From Malacoraja senta (taxonomy: Eukaryota): a stretch of 64,000 nt of DNA. A program made the translations under genes and the position numbers. The stretch is from assembly GCA_038087875.1 (NCBI GenBank), contig CM075989.1:24306001-24370000 (forward strand). The letters run 5' to 3'. Shown one piece after another: positions 1-11,903 of this stretch. Position 1 is the stretch's first letter; each line of letters opens with the position of its first letter. The notes below the pieces were generated by a model. That model saw only the letters and a list, made by a program, of their open reading frames with translations, searched no databases and had not been told where the DNA came from.

Positions 1-11
1 AGCCATTTACA

Positions 12-83
12 CAGGGGTGGAAACCCCAGGGGGGCCAGAGGGGACACGTTCCCCCCATGTTTTGATAGCAAGTTCCGCTCTTG
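12..83. mobile_element. 72-bp hAT-like miniature element inside a Rex-like 3' UTR
   Basis: Exact 8-bp direct repeat CATTTACA at 4-11 and 84-91. Imperfect TIRs CAGGGGTGGAA / TTCCGCTCTTG. Confidence 0.6.
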
Positions 84-240
84 CATTTACAGTGTACAGA
101 TACACGATAAGGGAATAATGTTTAGTGCAAGGTAAAGCCAGTAAAGTCCGATCAAAGGTAGTCCGAGGGTCTCCAGTGAGGTAGACAGTAGTTCCGGACC
201 GCTCTCCGGTTGTGGTAGGATGGTTCAGTTGCCTGATTGT
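84..240 (-). mobile_element. Rex1/Babar-like LINE 3' end and UTR fragment
   Basis: Minus-strand IRQLNHP C-terminus. The same UTR recurs at about 8285-8537, 13490-14300, 19100-19295, 58300-58680 and 60600-60900. Confidence 0.65.
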
Positions 241-780
241 CATGTCGATGCTGCTCGCGGCTAATAATGTTTAATGTCCGTGCCAAATCCTCACAATGTC
301 TACTTTGCAGGGCCTTTTATAGCCAGCCAACAAAGCAATTAACAAACTGTTACAGACAGTTTTAAATGCGAGAAGTTAGAAGGAGTAAGTGAGTTGCTGA
401 GTCTGCAGTTTTATAACTGAGATAAAGTTATAAAATGTGGACGTGAAGTAAATCAAAACCTTGCAAATCCAGATTAGCATTTATATTGGCACCGTTTCGT
501 TCAGAGTTCAAGAGACTGGTCCCTGCTATATAAACCTGTAAATCTGTAAATCAGACCCTATTAAAAACGTTTCACCAGAAAATAAATCAGGGTGGGTGTG
601 ACGGGGTTTGTCATGTTGCTGCTGGGCCATGCCCTGATGTCACTACAATCTCATCTACACCAGCGCCAACTTACAAAAGGCACAAGCATGATCTCCTAGC
701 ATTGGGAGCATTGCAGTGCCTCACCCTCTCTTCTTCCAGCACTGTGGCACCCAGCACTAAGGCAACATGTGTTTTGGTGA

Positions 781-1010
781 TAGACATAAAAAGCTGGAAT
801 AACTCAGCGGGACGGGCAGCATCTCTGCAGAGAAGGAATGGGTGACGTTTTGGGTTGAGACCCTTCTTCAGACTGATCAGGCTGAAGAAGGGTCTCGACC
901 CAAAACCTCATCCATTCCTTCTCTCCAGAGATGCTGCCTGTCCCGCTGAGTTCCTACAGCATTTTGTGTCTATCTTTGGTTTAAACCAGCATCTGCAGTT
1001 CCTTCCAACA
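781..1010. mobile_element. Penelope-terminal-derived inverted-repeat (hairpin) element
   Basis: Two inverted arms around cttcttcagac...gctgaagaag. Same sequence as the 3' terminus of the GIY-YIG fragment at 10340-10960. Confidence 0.75.
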
Positions 1011-1014
1011 CAAT

Positions 1015-1620
1015 CCATATCCCTCGAAGGGCCGAATGGCCTCCACCTGCACCTATTTTCTATATCTGTGTGTTTATCGAAAAATCTCTTAAACACCACT
1101 ATCATATCAGGGCCTTCCAGGCTCTCACCACTTAATGTGTAAAAAAACGTAATCCACACATCTCCTTTAAACATTGCCCCTCTCACCTTAACGCTATGCC
1201 CTCTAGTCTTTGACATCTCTACCCAGGAAAAAAGGTTCTGACTGTCTACCCCATCGATACTTCTCATTATTTATCTTAAGTTTTTTATACAAATATATCC
1301 CGATTCGAATGTGGGAGGGTCTAGGACTAGATGTCACAGCCTCAGAATAAAAGGATGTTCCTTTAGGAAGTTGCGGAGGAATTTATTTAGTCAGAGGGTG
1401 GTGAATCTGTGGATTTCATTGCCACAGAAGGCTGTGGAGGCCAGGTCAGTGGATATATTTAAGGCTGAGATTGCTAGATTCTTCATTAGTACGGGTGTCA
1501 GAGGTGATGGGGAGAAGGCAGGAGAAAGAGGTTGAGAGGGAAAGATAGATCAGCCATGATTGAATGGCGGAGTAGACTTGATGGGCCGAATGGCCTAATT
1601 CTGCTCCTATCACTTATGAA
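1015..1620. mobile_element. Two CR1-like LINE 3' fragments (- at about 1015-1270, + at about 1310-1620)
   Basis: TRGHSxKxRG...FSQRVVNLW C-terminal CR1 peptide and conserved 3' tail. Confidence 0.8.
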
Positions 1621-1652
1621 TACTCTAAATTGATTTTTTTTCTCTCCCGCAG

Positions 1653-1703
1653 TGATGGCTTCAAGCAACTGGCAATTTACGACCACTTCCAGCCACTTCC
1701 ACG
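1653..1703 (+). CDS. ADAMTSL3: ADAMTSL3 internal exon, 51 nt: (S)DGFKQLAIYDHFQPLP(R)
   Basis: Pyrimidine tract and cgcAG acceptor, GTAGGT donor. Peptide matches the DGFK..YDHFQPLPR linker of ADAMTSL3. Phase 2 joins the next exon. Not in the ORF track. Confidence 0.9.
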
Positions 1704-2250
1704 GTAGGTCCAACATCGTACAGCAGCCTGGGGCAGCACAGTCACCTCTGTCAAACATTAGAGTGATATAATGCCACTACCAATAACCCGGTTACAAAGC
1801 TAGTTAGTTTTAGGTCCAAAGCAAACAAGAATTGTTGTTGTTATCGGAAGTATTTTGATGGTAACATTCTTTTTCTCCATTAAGATATTTATTCATTCTT
1901 AAATCTTTATGCAGAAATATTAATTCGCAGTGAATCACTTCAGTAATTTAGTTTTTTTTCCCCAATTATCTTTTCTTCTTGCTTACCTGACTTCACAGGA
2001 TTAAAAACCAAGATTGATGAAGGTGGGTAAATTACCTGTGCTAAACACTGACCACAAGGTGCCGTGCTGTTTAACTCTCTCCCTCTCTCTCCCTGTCTCT
2101 CCCTCTCTCTCCCGCCATCACAGAGCAGGTTTACTATCTGACAAGTTTGGAAACTTGTATTTAGGAAGTGCCTTTTATGCTATCGGGCTGTCCAATAACA
2201 GTTCATTAATTGCTTGATTTGTGCAATTCAATCTCCATTTTCTCACTGTA

Positions 2251-2580
2251 ATGGGCCTGTCCCACTTACGCGACTTTTTCGGCGACTGCCGGCACCGTCA
2301 TAGTCGCAGCAGGTCGCCGAAAATGTTCAACATGTTGAAAATCCAGCAGCGACCAGAACAAGGTACGACTCTTTGGGCGACGACTCACGACCATACAGGC
2401 TTCACCCAGCGACATGTCGCCTGTACGGTCGTGAGTCGTCTCCTCAGTCGCCCAAAGAGTCGTAGCGTCTTTCTGGTCGCCGCTGGATTTTCAACATGTT
2501 GAACATTTTCGGCGACCTGCAGCGACCTATGACAGGTGCCGGCAGTCGCCGAAAAAGTCGCGTAAGTGGGACGGGCCCAT
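2251..2580. mobile_element. Foldback MITE with TA flanks
   Basis: TA|ATGGGCCTGTCCCACTTACGCGACTTTTTCGGCGACTGCCGGCACC ... near-perfect reverse complement ...GGGCCCAT|TA, plus inner inverted arms. Confidence 0.85.
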
Positions 2581-5500
2581 TAGGCTAGTAATTCTTTGGG
2601 GTACATATCTTCAATTTCCAAAGCCGTTTTGTAATATAAGGAACAGTTTTCCACCACAGGAATGCCTTGCACTCAGACACACATGATGCATTTTGCCCAG
2701 CCTTTTCTGTTTATGTTGGACAAAGAGTTTTCCAGGAATGCAAAACGATTTTGTAAGTTGAGGTATTGGTGTGGAGCCAGTTATGTATTATTGTTTAGTG
2801 CAATAAACCGTTATGGTGTAGGAAATGGGTCAACAGATCGGAGACAGCAAGCTGCTAAATACAGTCATGGACAAGGGCGGACAGGGTGGTGCTGTTTCTC
2901 TATCCTCAGTGATATGAGTTGGGGATAATATGGATTTACAAATTCTGCTCAATTGTGTCCAATTTTAATGCTGCTCTGACCAACAGATATATCTTCCTTA
3001 CAGACTGTAGCAGAACATAATTACCTAATATGTTATTCTTTTTTTTTCATTAACATTTTCTCCCCGTTTAGATTTTTACTTGTGCTACAATCCAATGAGA
3101 CAGCCTTGCTTCATCAGCGGAGGTGCCTGTTTGCAAGGTGCTGATAGCTGAAAATCAACGTGATTTCAAACAAAGCTTCTAAACCACTCTCACAGTCCTC
3201 TTCCAGCAACTATTCCTAATGTCCCCTGCCTTCAGTGATGCAGGATCCGTCTAATTTGCCGTCATTCCGTCTCTGAATTAATGTACTGGTTTCCATGGAG
3301 ACGTCTTGTTGTGCCATTTCTGTTTTTGAAAATAAGCCAAAGTTGAGCTGACTCCTTGCACTTTGCCCAAGGCAGGAGAACTTCCATCTTTACTTGTGTT
3401 TTGTAATCTGCAGCTGCTTTTAACATTTGTAATTCCACCATCCACCTCAAATAACACAAGGTCCATGCTATTTATTTTGTAAATATTTTGGAGATCATTG
3501 AACATACAAACAAGTTATGCCTTTGTGAATCTCACTTCATGCTGTTAAACAAGTGTTGATCCCAACGATTCTGTCATTGATTTATGGTTTAGTTATTGGG
3601 TGCAGCAAAGAAGGATTAAGATTCCCATTCATCAAAATCGTTTCATCCATTCACGACTGGATCATTATCTTCACTGATCCTTTGTTCTTGCATTCCTTCA
3701 CTTATTACATTAATAACTATGGAATCCATTACTCATAATGCAAAAATACAATTCTTTATGAATGGCTCCCTCTTCCCCAAGAAAGAATCTTCATTAATTT
3801 ATCAAAGCTTCTATTGTGAGCTTTCAAAGACTAGAGCTCTACTGATTTCAACAGTAGGGCTGATGGTTTATTTTTGCCTGTATTATCTGCAGTATTTCCC
3901 TTTCCCTTCTGTGGCCCTGTGCCAAAGTTGATTAATTCTATAAAAGTCTCCAATGCTGTTTGCATTGGATCGATCTACCACATATTACAGTTTCTTGGGA
4001 CAAATATTTATGTTTCTGTAATCTGTTATTTTTCAGATAAAATGTCTGCACAAGTTATCAAAACATTCAGATATGATTCATACTTGATTTTATCTCACTG
4101 CATCTTTGACATATTTCTCTTAAAAATCGCGTAAATAGATATTGGGGTTTTTAACGTGTGCTGTTTAGATAGGGAGTTCATATCCTAACCAAATATGGAG
4201 CTTATCTGGTCTAATTGATCATGCTAGTCTGTGCAAATAAATGTATTTAGTAACTGGGTTTATGCGTACAAAGGAAATAATTGTGGAATATTGTTGATAA
4301 AATTGCAAACTACCAGTCCATAATGCATAGAACTTAGAATAGAAAAGAATTAGTAACATGAAACAGGATTTTCTAATAAAATCAAGTTAAATAGAGGTAG
4401 GAAACTATTCTCAGCAATGTCCTTATACAAGAATGCATGCTCTCATTCAGTTTCATTATCTGCAATTAAAATGAGGATGTTAACCTGTTTGCTTTGAAAG
4501 AGAGTAATATGACGTGCATGTGTTTAGAAGTTTCCAGTTCTAATTGCAAGTTGATCTCTGTTAAATTGTAAATATGTAGCGGGTCATTTTTCTCAGAAGG
4601 AAAATGAATGAATTACCCTGATTAAAGCTCTTTACGTGGCCTTAAGTTCTCTATAACCAATCATGTACCTGTTTAAAGATTAACTAACATAGCAATGTGG
4701 GAAGCACAACGGAGAAATGTTAATCATCTTGGTCTCACTAAGTCATTGATGAGTTTGTTTGTTTTTAGATGCAGCATGGTGAAATAATGTTCAGTTACGT
4801 TACTGGGTGAGCAGCCAAATATGTGGAGCATTGATCCAAGGAAATAAGTTCAAATCCCACCATGACATCTGAGCAAATAAATCCACATAATTAAGTATAT
4901 CTAGATTGTAATGCAGTCTCAGTAATTAAACCATTAGGTTGTTGTAAAAGCTAATGTGATTCACTAATATTCTGTGGAGAGGATATTTGCCTTGCCTCCC
5001 TGGTCTCGACTAAACACCACTCCAGACCCCAAGATACCAAAGATGTGCAGGTTTGCAGATTAATTGGCTTCTGTAAATTGTAGGATAGAACTAATGTACA
5101 GGTGATTGGTGGCTGGTGTGGACTTGGTGGGCTGAAGGGCCTGTTTTCCATGCTGTAGACTAGACTAAACTAGGACTAAACTAATCTCAACCCACCCATG
5201 GAGTTAATACGAACAGAAAATATTGGCGACACTCAGCAGGTAATGTACCATCTGAGAAAGAGAAACAGAAATAACATTTCACAGCCAAGACTGGTTCTTC
5301 CACCACAGGCTGAGTGTTCTCTGAAATTTCGGTTTTTATCTCAGATTTGCACCAGCTGCAGGTAATCTCTCACCAACTCAATGTGGTTTGTTCTTGGGAT
5401 TCTTCCAATTAGGGCTGGACCATAAATGACAGCATATCCAGCCATCCCCTGAATGCTTTGAACAGTGCTGATGAGATTCCAACCCAGCTAGGGTACAGCG

Positions 5501-5929
5501 GGATATTTTGGAGCTACTGAATCAAATATTTAAAATGGCATTTGCAACTAGACTGAATTTTGGCACAAGAGTGTTTTATTGTCATGTGTCCCAGATAGAA
5601 CAATGATATTCTTACTTGCAGCAGCACAACAGAATGTGTAAACATAGTACACTGTAAACACTATAATAAACGAGAGGGTTATTCAGGTAGGATAGGTATT
5701 TTGCATTCTGTATCGCCATGAATGGCTTGCACAAGGATATGATTATGTTCATGTTACTTGACTGTGAAGTAAAGATTCCAGATGTCCGCTGGCATCCCAA
5801 ATCATGGCTAAATCGGAAATGAAGCAGAAACGTTGTGAACAGTGGCAGACATGACCAAGTGGGAGCTGAAACTCACAACACATGTGCTGTGAGTTTGCTG
5901 TAATCCTCTCTGTTACTCAGCAGCCCACT

Positions 5930-6215
5930 TTAGTTTAGCTTAGAGATACTGCGCGGAAACAGGCTCTTCGTCTCAACGAGTCCGCACCGATCAGCGGTCC
6001 CAACACATTAACACCATTGACAATTTTACATTTATACCAAGCCAAATAACCTACAAACCTGTAAATCTTTGATATGTGGGAGGAAACTGAAGATCTCGGA
6101 GAAAACCCACGGGGAGAACGCACAAACTCTGTACAGACAGCACCCGTAGTCAGGATCGAACCCGGGTCTCTGGCGCTGTAAGGCAACAACTCTACCGCTG
6201 TGCCACCATGCCCCC
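5930..6215 (-). mobile_element. tRNA-derived V-SINE (HE1-like)
   Basis: A/B-box head (GGTTCGATCC), V-domain GGTTTCCTCCCAC, CR1-like tail with TAAAC repeats. Confidence 0.85.
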
Positions 6216-7506
6216 CTAAGTATTAGCAGTATTAAGAAGCAGCATTACCCTCAGAATCATCATGTTTTTCCAATATTTCTTATCCAACTTTTGCTGCATT
6301 TTGCTGCATTAATGGAAATCATAACTAACGATGTCCTCGGCATGCGACCTGTTAGCTCACACAATTACGTGGAGATTGTAGGGTCTCAGGAAGAAGGGGA
6401 AGTTGGCGATGAGGTTCATATTTAGCGGTTACTCGCGCTTCATTCAATGTTTTTGTAAGACAAGGAAGTGAAGGAAGAGGAGACTGGATAAAGGGTTGGT
6501 TGAGCATGGTTGAGATCAGGATACATTTCTTCACTCCGAGAGTGGTGCATCCTTGGAGTTCTCAAGTCAAGATGGTTGTGGAGTTTAGTCACTGAGTGTA
6601 TTCTACCATGGATCATTATGTCTCAGGTTATTGAAGCAATCGGAGAATTAGAGTTAGTGCAGGAAAGTGATTCTGAAGTAGAAGAATAGTTGTGACTGTA
6701 TTGCATTGTGGAGCAAGTCTACTCCAGCTCCTAAGTCTCATTATGTTCCATGGTGGAACGTGGAACTCTGGTTCCAACAGAGGGAGAGGACTGAACTTTG
6801 GTGTCTTCCCTCACAGTGGGAAATGCTGATTGCGCTGTGGGGGGGGGGGATGTTTTTTTATGTTATTATGTTACATTTTAAAGTGTTGAGTTATCTTATT
6901 TGTGTGCTGCATGGTAACTCAAATTTCACTGCACCAATTGGTGTATGGGTGACAATAAATGTCCTTTGTTCCATGGTGCACAGTTTTTCTCCTTTGTCCT
7001 AAGGGTCCATTTGAAAATTTGGAGGGATATGGGCCAAATGTTGGCAGGTGGGACCAGTATAGATGGGGCATGTTGGTCGGCATGGGCAGGTTGGGCCGAA
7101 GGGCCTGTTTCCATGCTATATGAGTTTATGATGCGAGTTGTGTGACTGCGCTGCTCTGGCTGTAGGTCAGCAGCAGTCGGGTCACTGCAGGTTTTTCATC
7201 AGCATCCAAATTATTTTTTTGTGTCGTCACTCCCAGTAAGTTATGCCAAAGGTGTTGTTCAGTGTGTTCTCATCCCAGTTACCAGTTCAGCTGCTAGAGG
7301 AGGTGGTTGAGGCAGGGACTAACACAACGTTAAAGAAACAGTTAGACAGGACAGGTTTGGTGGGATAGTGACCAAACGCAGGCAGGTGGGACTAGTGTAG
7401 ATGGGGCATCTTGGTTGGCATGGACATGTTGGCCGGTGTGGGCAGGTTGGGCCAAAGAGCCCATTTCCACACTGTAAGACTCGATGACCTTGTTTTATTC
7501 CACCAG

Positions 7507-7711
7507 TTGGGAGAGCAGCCCTTGGACTGCCTGTTCAATTTTCTGTGGAGGTGGCGTACAGACACGCAGTGTCAGCTGCATTGAAGAGAACATGTTTGGT
7601 GAAATTATCCCTGTGGAAGAGTGGAAATGCATGTACACCTTCAAACCTCCAGTGATACAGAACTGCAACCTGTTTGACTGCCCCAAATGGATCGCCATGG
7701 AATGGTCTCCA
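7507..7711 (+). CDS. ADAMTSL3: ADAMTSL3 exon, TSP1 repeat: WESSPWTACSIFCGGG...CNLFDCPKWIAMEWSP
   Basis: ccAG/GTAAGT. Lies in ORF 7484-7720. EEWKCMY and CNLFDCPKWIAMEWS motifs. Confidence 0.96.
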
Positions 7712-7824
7712 GTAAGTTGAACTTTATTTGGGTTTTATCCACACGAGACTGTGCTGGTTGTGTCAATCTCTAGTCTGAGATTTATTCCCGTTGGCATAAT
7801 TGAGACTCCGACTCTCAATAGTTG

Positions 7825-8200
7825 AGTCCAGTTTCAGTCTTGGCCACCATGTTACAGGAAAGATGTTGTCAAGCTGGAAAGGGCACAGAGAAGATTTACA
7901 AGGATGTTGCCAGGACTCGAGGGCCTGAGCTGAAGGGAGAGGTTGAGCACAATAGGACTTTATTTCTTGGAGCTCAGAAGGATGAGGAATGAAATTACAG
8001 AGGTGTACAAAATCATGAGAGGAATATATTGGATAAATGTCCAGAGTAGGGGAATCAAGAGCCAGAGGACACAGATTTAAGGTGAGGGGAAAAAGATCTA
8101 ATAGGGACCTGAGGGGTAACCTGTTTACCCAAAGCATGGTGGGTATATCGACTGAGCTGCCGGAGGAGGTAATTGAGGCAGTGCTATCACAAGTTGGGCT
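7825..8200 (+). mobile_element. Degenerate CR1-like LINE fragment
   Basis: ESRARGHRFKVRG...FTQ peptide in ORF 8037-8291. Confidence 0.75.
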
Positions 8201-8567
8201 GAAGTGCCTGTTTACATGCTCAATGGCTCTAAAAGACTATGACCAATATATACTGTTCATAAACAAGAAACTGTGTTTGAGTTTAAATTGAGTTTATTAT
8301 CATGTTTACCGAGGTACAGTGAAAAGCTTTTGTTGCATGCTATCCAGCAATTGAAAAGACAATACATGATTACATTCGAACCGTCCACAGTGTTCAGATA
8401 CAGGTTAAAGGGAATGATATGAATCACGTTTAGTGCAAGATGAAGTCCAATCGAAGATAGTCCGAGGGTCACCAATGAGGTAGATGGTAGCTCAGGACCG
8501 CTGTGTAGTAGTTGGTAGGATGGTTCAGTTGCCTGATGAGAGCTGACAGGACTGTGTTGTGTTGCAG

Positions 8568-8715
8568 TGTACAGTAAGCTGTGGTCGCGGCCTGCGCTAC
8601 AGGGTGGTCCTCTGTATCGACTACCGCGGCCAGCACACTGGGGGCTGTAACGCACAACTCAAGCCACACATCAAGGAGGAGTGCACCGTGCCAATCCCAT
8701 GTTATAAAACTAAAG
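8568..8715 (+). CDS. ADAMTSL3: ADAMTSL3 exon: CTVSCGRGLRYRVVLCIDYRGQHTGGCNAQLKPHIKEECTVPIPCYKTK
   Basis: gcAG/GTAACT, translated by hand, phase 0 to 1. Confidence 0.96.
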
Positions 8716-8754
8716 GTAACTGAAACATCTGTCCTGAACAAGCACCCCGACGCA

Positions 8755-9078
8755 AATCGCCACCTATCCATGTTCTCCACAGATGCTGCCTGACCCGCTG
8801 AGTTACTCCAGCACTCTGGGAAACGTCACCTATCCATGTTCCGGCAGCATCTATGGAGCGAAGGAAATAGGCAACGTTTCGGCCCGAAACCCGGAAGGGT
8901 TTCGGCCCGAAACGTTGCCTATTTCCCTCAGGGTTTCGGCCCGAAAGGTTGCCCATTTCCTTCGCTCCACAGATGCTGCCTGACCCGCTGAGTTACTCCA
9001 GCACTCTGTGAAACGTCACCTATCCATGTTCTCCAGAGATGCTGCCTGACCCGCTGAGTTACTCCAGCACTCTGTGTC
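8755..9078. repeat. Composite element: 66-bp Penelope-terminal units around a palindromic core (copy A)
   Basis: Units GAAACGTCACCTATCCATGTTCTCCACAGATGCTGCCTGACCCGCTGAGTTACTCCAGCACTCTGT. Core shared with 19985-20453. Confidence 0.8.
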
Positions 9079-10062
9079 TTTTCTCTAAGAAACAAAATAC
9101 AGACCTCACTGCCCATATGATGATCCATAATGGGCTAATTGTGAAGATTTATTTTTCCATTGGTAAGAATCGTGAAATATATGGAATTTGCAAACACGGA
9201 AATATAATCGCCTGCCCCCTTCATTCAACCAATTAATATAAATAACAAGGATCTGGATCACTGCTGGGATTCTGCTGATGATAAGCTGGCAATGAGTGAG
9301 TGCATCTTTCCCCCTTACGCCTCTCTCCTCTATCTGTGCAGACATGTATAGAAGATGATTTCAATGCCCTTTTAAATACTATTCACAAAGCCAGAACGAT
9401 TGTCATCTGTGGCCGTTCTCCTGATCCTGAGCTCTCTGTAAACTCCCAGCCTTCATCCATGTGCTGTCTTCAGTGATTCCCACGACTGATAATTACATCT
9501 ATATCTACAGTTGCCTTATCTCTCTGTCCCTCTCCCTGCCCTTGTTTAATGGAGTGATACTTTTAATTTTCCAATTCCAAGGCAGAATTCTCGCCCGGAA
9601 GACAGAAATACATCGGGTATATTTTTCAATTACATGAAAATGCCACAATATAATTGCTGAGACCCTGTCTTTATCTGTCAGATCCGGGAAATTATGGGGT
9701 TTGCATCCGACTTTACTGTTTTTAGCACAAGTTCAGAGGAGCAGCACTAAAGTTACTTTAATGAAACACTTGGGGACGGGTCGGAAAGTTCACCGTCAGT
9801 GTACAAACTTCAGAGGCCAGAAGGCGTCTCTGTCCCTGTCTCTGCAGACTGTGTTTATCCCAGAAGATTAAGGAATCACATTATCTCAGAAAATGGTTCC
9901 ACCACTTGTGTTTCCCTTTGATTTAAACCGCACAATAACATCCTGAAGACTTCACTTGGAGAACCAACATGTTTAAACCAACAGAAAGGAATTCTTCATT
10001 CAATAGTGCAATCTAACCTTTTTGTTTTGAATGAATTTGGACACCTATTGGTTTAATGTGTA

Positions 10063-10086
10063 TGTGTGTGTGTGTGTGTGTGTGTG
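10063..10086 (+). repeat. (TG)12 microsatellite at a 3' splice site
   Basis: Read directly. Only TTATTTCCAG lies between it and exon 10097. Confidence 0.95.
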
Positions 10087-10096
10087 TTATTTCCAG

Positions 10097-10181
10097 AAAA
10101 ACTTCCTGTGGAAGCTAAAGTCCCTTGGATTAAGCAAGCGCAGGAAATGGTGGAAACGATCTCAGTGTCCGAGGAGCCAAA
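10097..10181 (+). CDS. ADAMTSL3: ADAMTSL3 exon: EKLPVEAKVPWIKQAQEMVETISVSEEP(K)
   Basis: ccAG/GTGAGT, phase 1 to 2. Matches the EKxPVEAKxPWxKQAQE linker. Confidence 0.95.
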
Positions 10182-10339
10182 GTGAGTTCAAGGGTTTTCA
10201 TTTTCACATTACGCTTATTGTGAAATTTGTTTTAATTGTGCCGTGTCCTTGCCTGTCACAATAAAGGGATCATGTTGCCTCATCCATTGAACTGCTGTTT
10301 GTGTTATGTTCTTAGCTCTATAAACATTGTTTTTATTTC

Positions 10340-10960
10340 AATGCTCCCTCCGTAACTCCCTGGTCAATTTGTCCCTTCCCACCTGAACCACCCCCTCTCC
10401 GGGCACTTTCCCTTGCAACTGCAAAAATGCCACACTTGTCGCTTTACCTCCCCCCTTGACTCCATTCAAGGACCCAAGCAGTCTTTCCAGGTGCGGCAGA
10501 GGTTCACCTGCATCTCCTCCAACCTCATCTATTGCATCCGCTGCTCTAGATGTCAGCTGCTCTACATCGGTGAGACCAAGCGTAGGCTTGGCGATCACTT
10601 TGCCCAACACCTCCGCTCAGTCTGCAATAACCAACCTGATCTCCCGGTGGCTCAGCACTTCAACTCCCCCTCCCATTCCCAATCCGACCTTTCTAACCAT
10701 GGCCAGAGTGAGAACATTGACTTCTCTAATTTCAGGTAGTCCTTACATTCTCCTCCCCTTCTCAGCTCTCCCTCAGCCCACTGGCTCCTCCTCTTCCATT
10801 CTTCCTCCTGTCCCCCCACCCTCACATCAGCCTGAAGAAGGGTTTCGACCCGAAACGTTGCCTATTTCCTTCGCTCCATAGATGCTGCCTCACCCGCTGA
10901 GTTTCTCCAGCATTTGTGTCTACCTTCGATTTTCCAGCATCTGCAGTTCCTTCTTGAACA
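10340..10960 (+). mobile_element. Penelope-like element 3' fragment: GIY-YIG endonuclease remnant plus terminal repeat
   Basis: ORF 10413-10739 with NLIYCIRCSRCQLLYIGETKRRLGDHFAQHL..PVAQHFN (GIY-YIG with CxxC), followed by the terminal repeat. Confidence 0.88.
10829..10863 (+). ncRNA. Minimal type I hammerhead ribozyme motif in the Penelope terminus (putative)
   Basis: CTGAAGA-A-GGGT(TTCG)ACCC-GAAA-CGTT. Core boxes and stem II are present, stems I and III are minimal. Confidence 0.6.
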
Positions 10961-11599
10961 CGGTACTAATCTCCATCAGCAGGCTAATGGTCTACCTGTC
11001 TCCTTATTGAAACAGACCAAGGCATCATTCATAATCAGTGCAGAGGCTGAACCAGGGAGTGTTGATTAAAATAGTCAGTTCAGTTTCAAATCAGCACAAA
11101 AATAAATTGTAAAGGGATTGGGATAAAGAATCGGATAAGAGGAAGACTGGAGAAGCCAAGAAAACCAAAGTTAAACCTTGAAGAATAATGCCAAAGAAAT
11201 GAAATATTGTCATTGCTTCAGATCATTTTTAGTGTCAGAGAGATAGTTTGGCATTTATTAAGATATATTGTGATATTAAAAATGCCGTGAGATTGAGATG
11301 GGCAAGCTGTACGTATGTGTTGCAGTTTGAGTCTGTATCTTTGATATCAGGCAGTGACATTTGATTGGTGAGTCAGACAGCGTGTCGCCAAATGAATGCA
11401 GCTTGTTCAGGGCAGGTTATCTTGACTGCTCACGGCCAGATTCCTTTGTTTAACTGCACATGAGGTCTGAATCAGGCTGAGTTGCACACAAATAGTGACC
11501 ACTTTGCCTCCCCATTTGCTCCATAAGGCAGCGCATTGCCACACTGGCCGTCTGTTGGTGATCTGAGCCTGGTCATTACACACAAGGTTTACATTCATT

Positions 11600-11903
11600 T
11601 TATTAGAGATACAGTGCGGAAACAGGCCTTTCAGCCCATCGAGCCCACGCTGACTTGCTATCCTTGCACACTAATGCTGTTCTACACGCACTTGGGACAT
11701 TTTTACAATTTTACAGAAGCCAATTAACCTAAAAACCTGCATGTCTTTGGAGTGTGGGAGGAAACCGGAGCACCCGGAGAAAACCCACGCAGGTCACGGG
11801 GAAAGCGTACAAACTCCGTACTGACAGCACCCGTAGTCAGGATGGAACCCGGGTCTCTGGTGCTGTGAGGCAGCAACTCTACCGCTGTGCCACCCTGCCG
11901 CCT
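11600..11903 (-). mobile_element. V-SINE (HE1-like)
   Basis: Full head, V-domain and tail on the minus strand. Confidence 0.85.
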
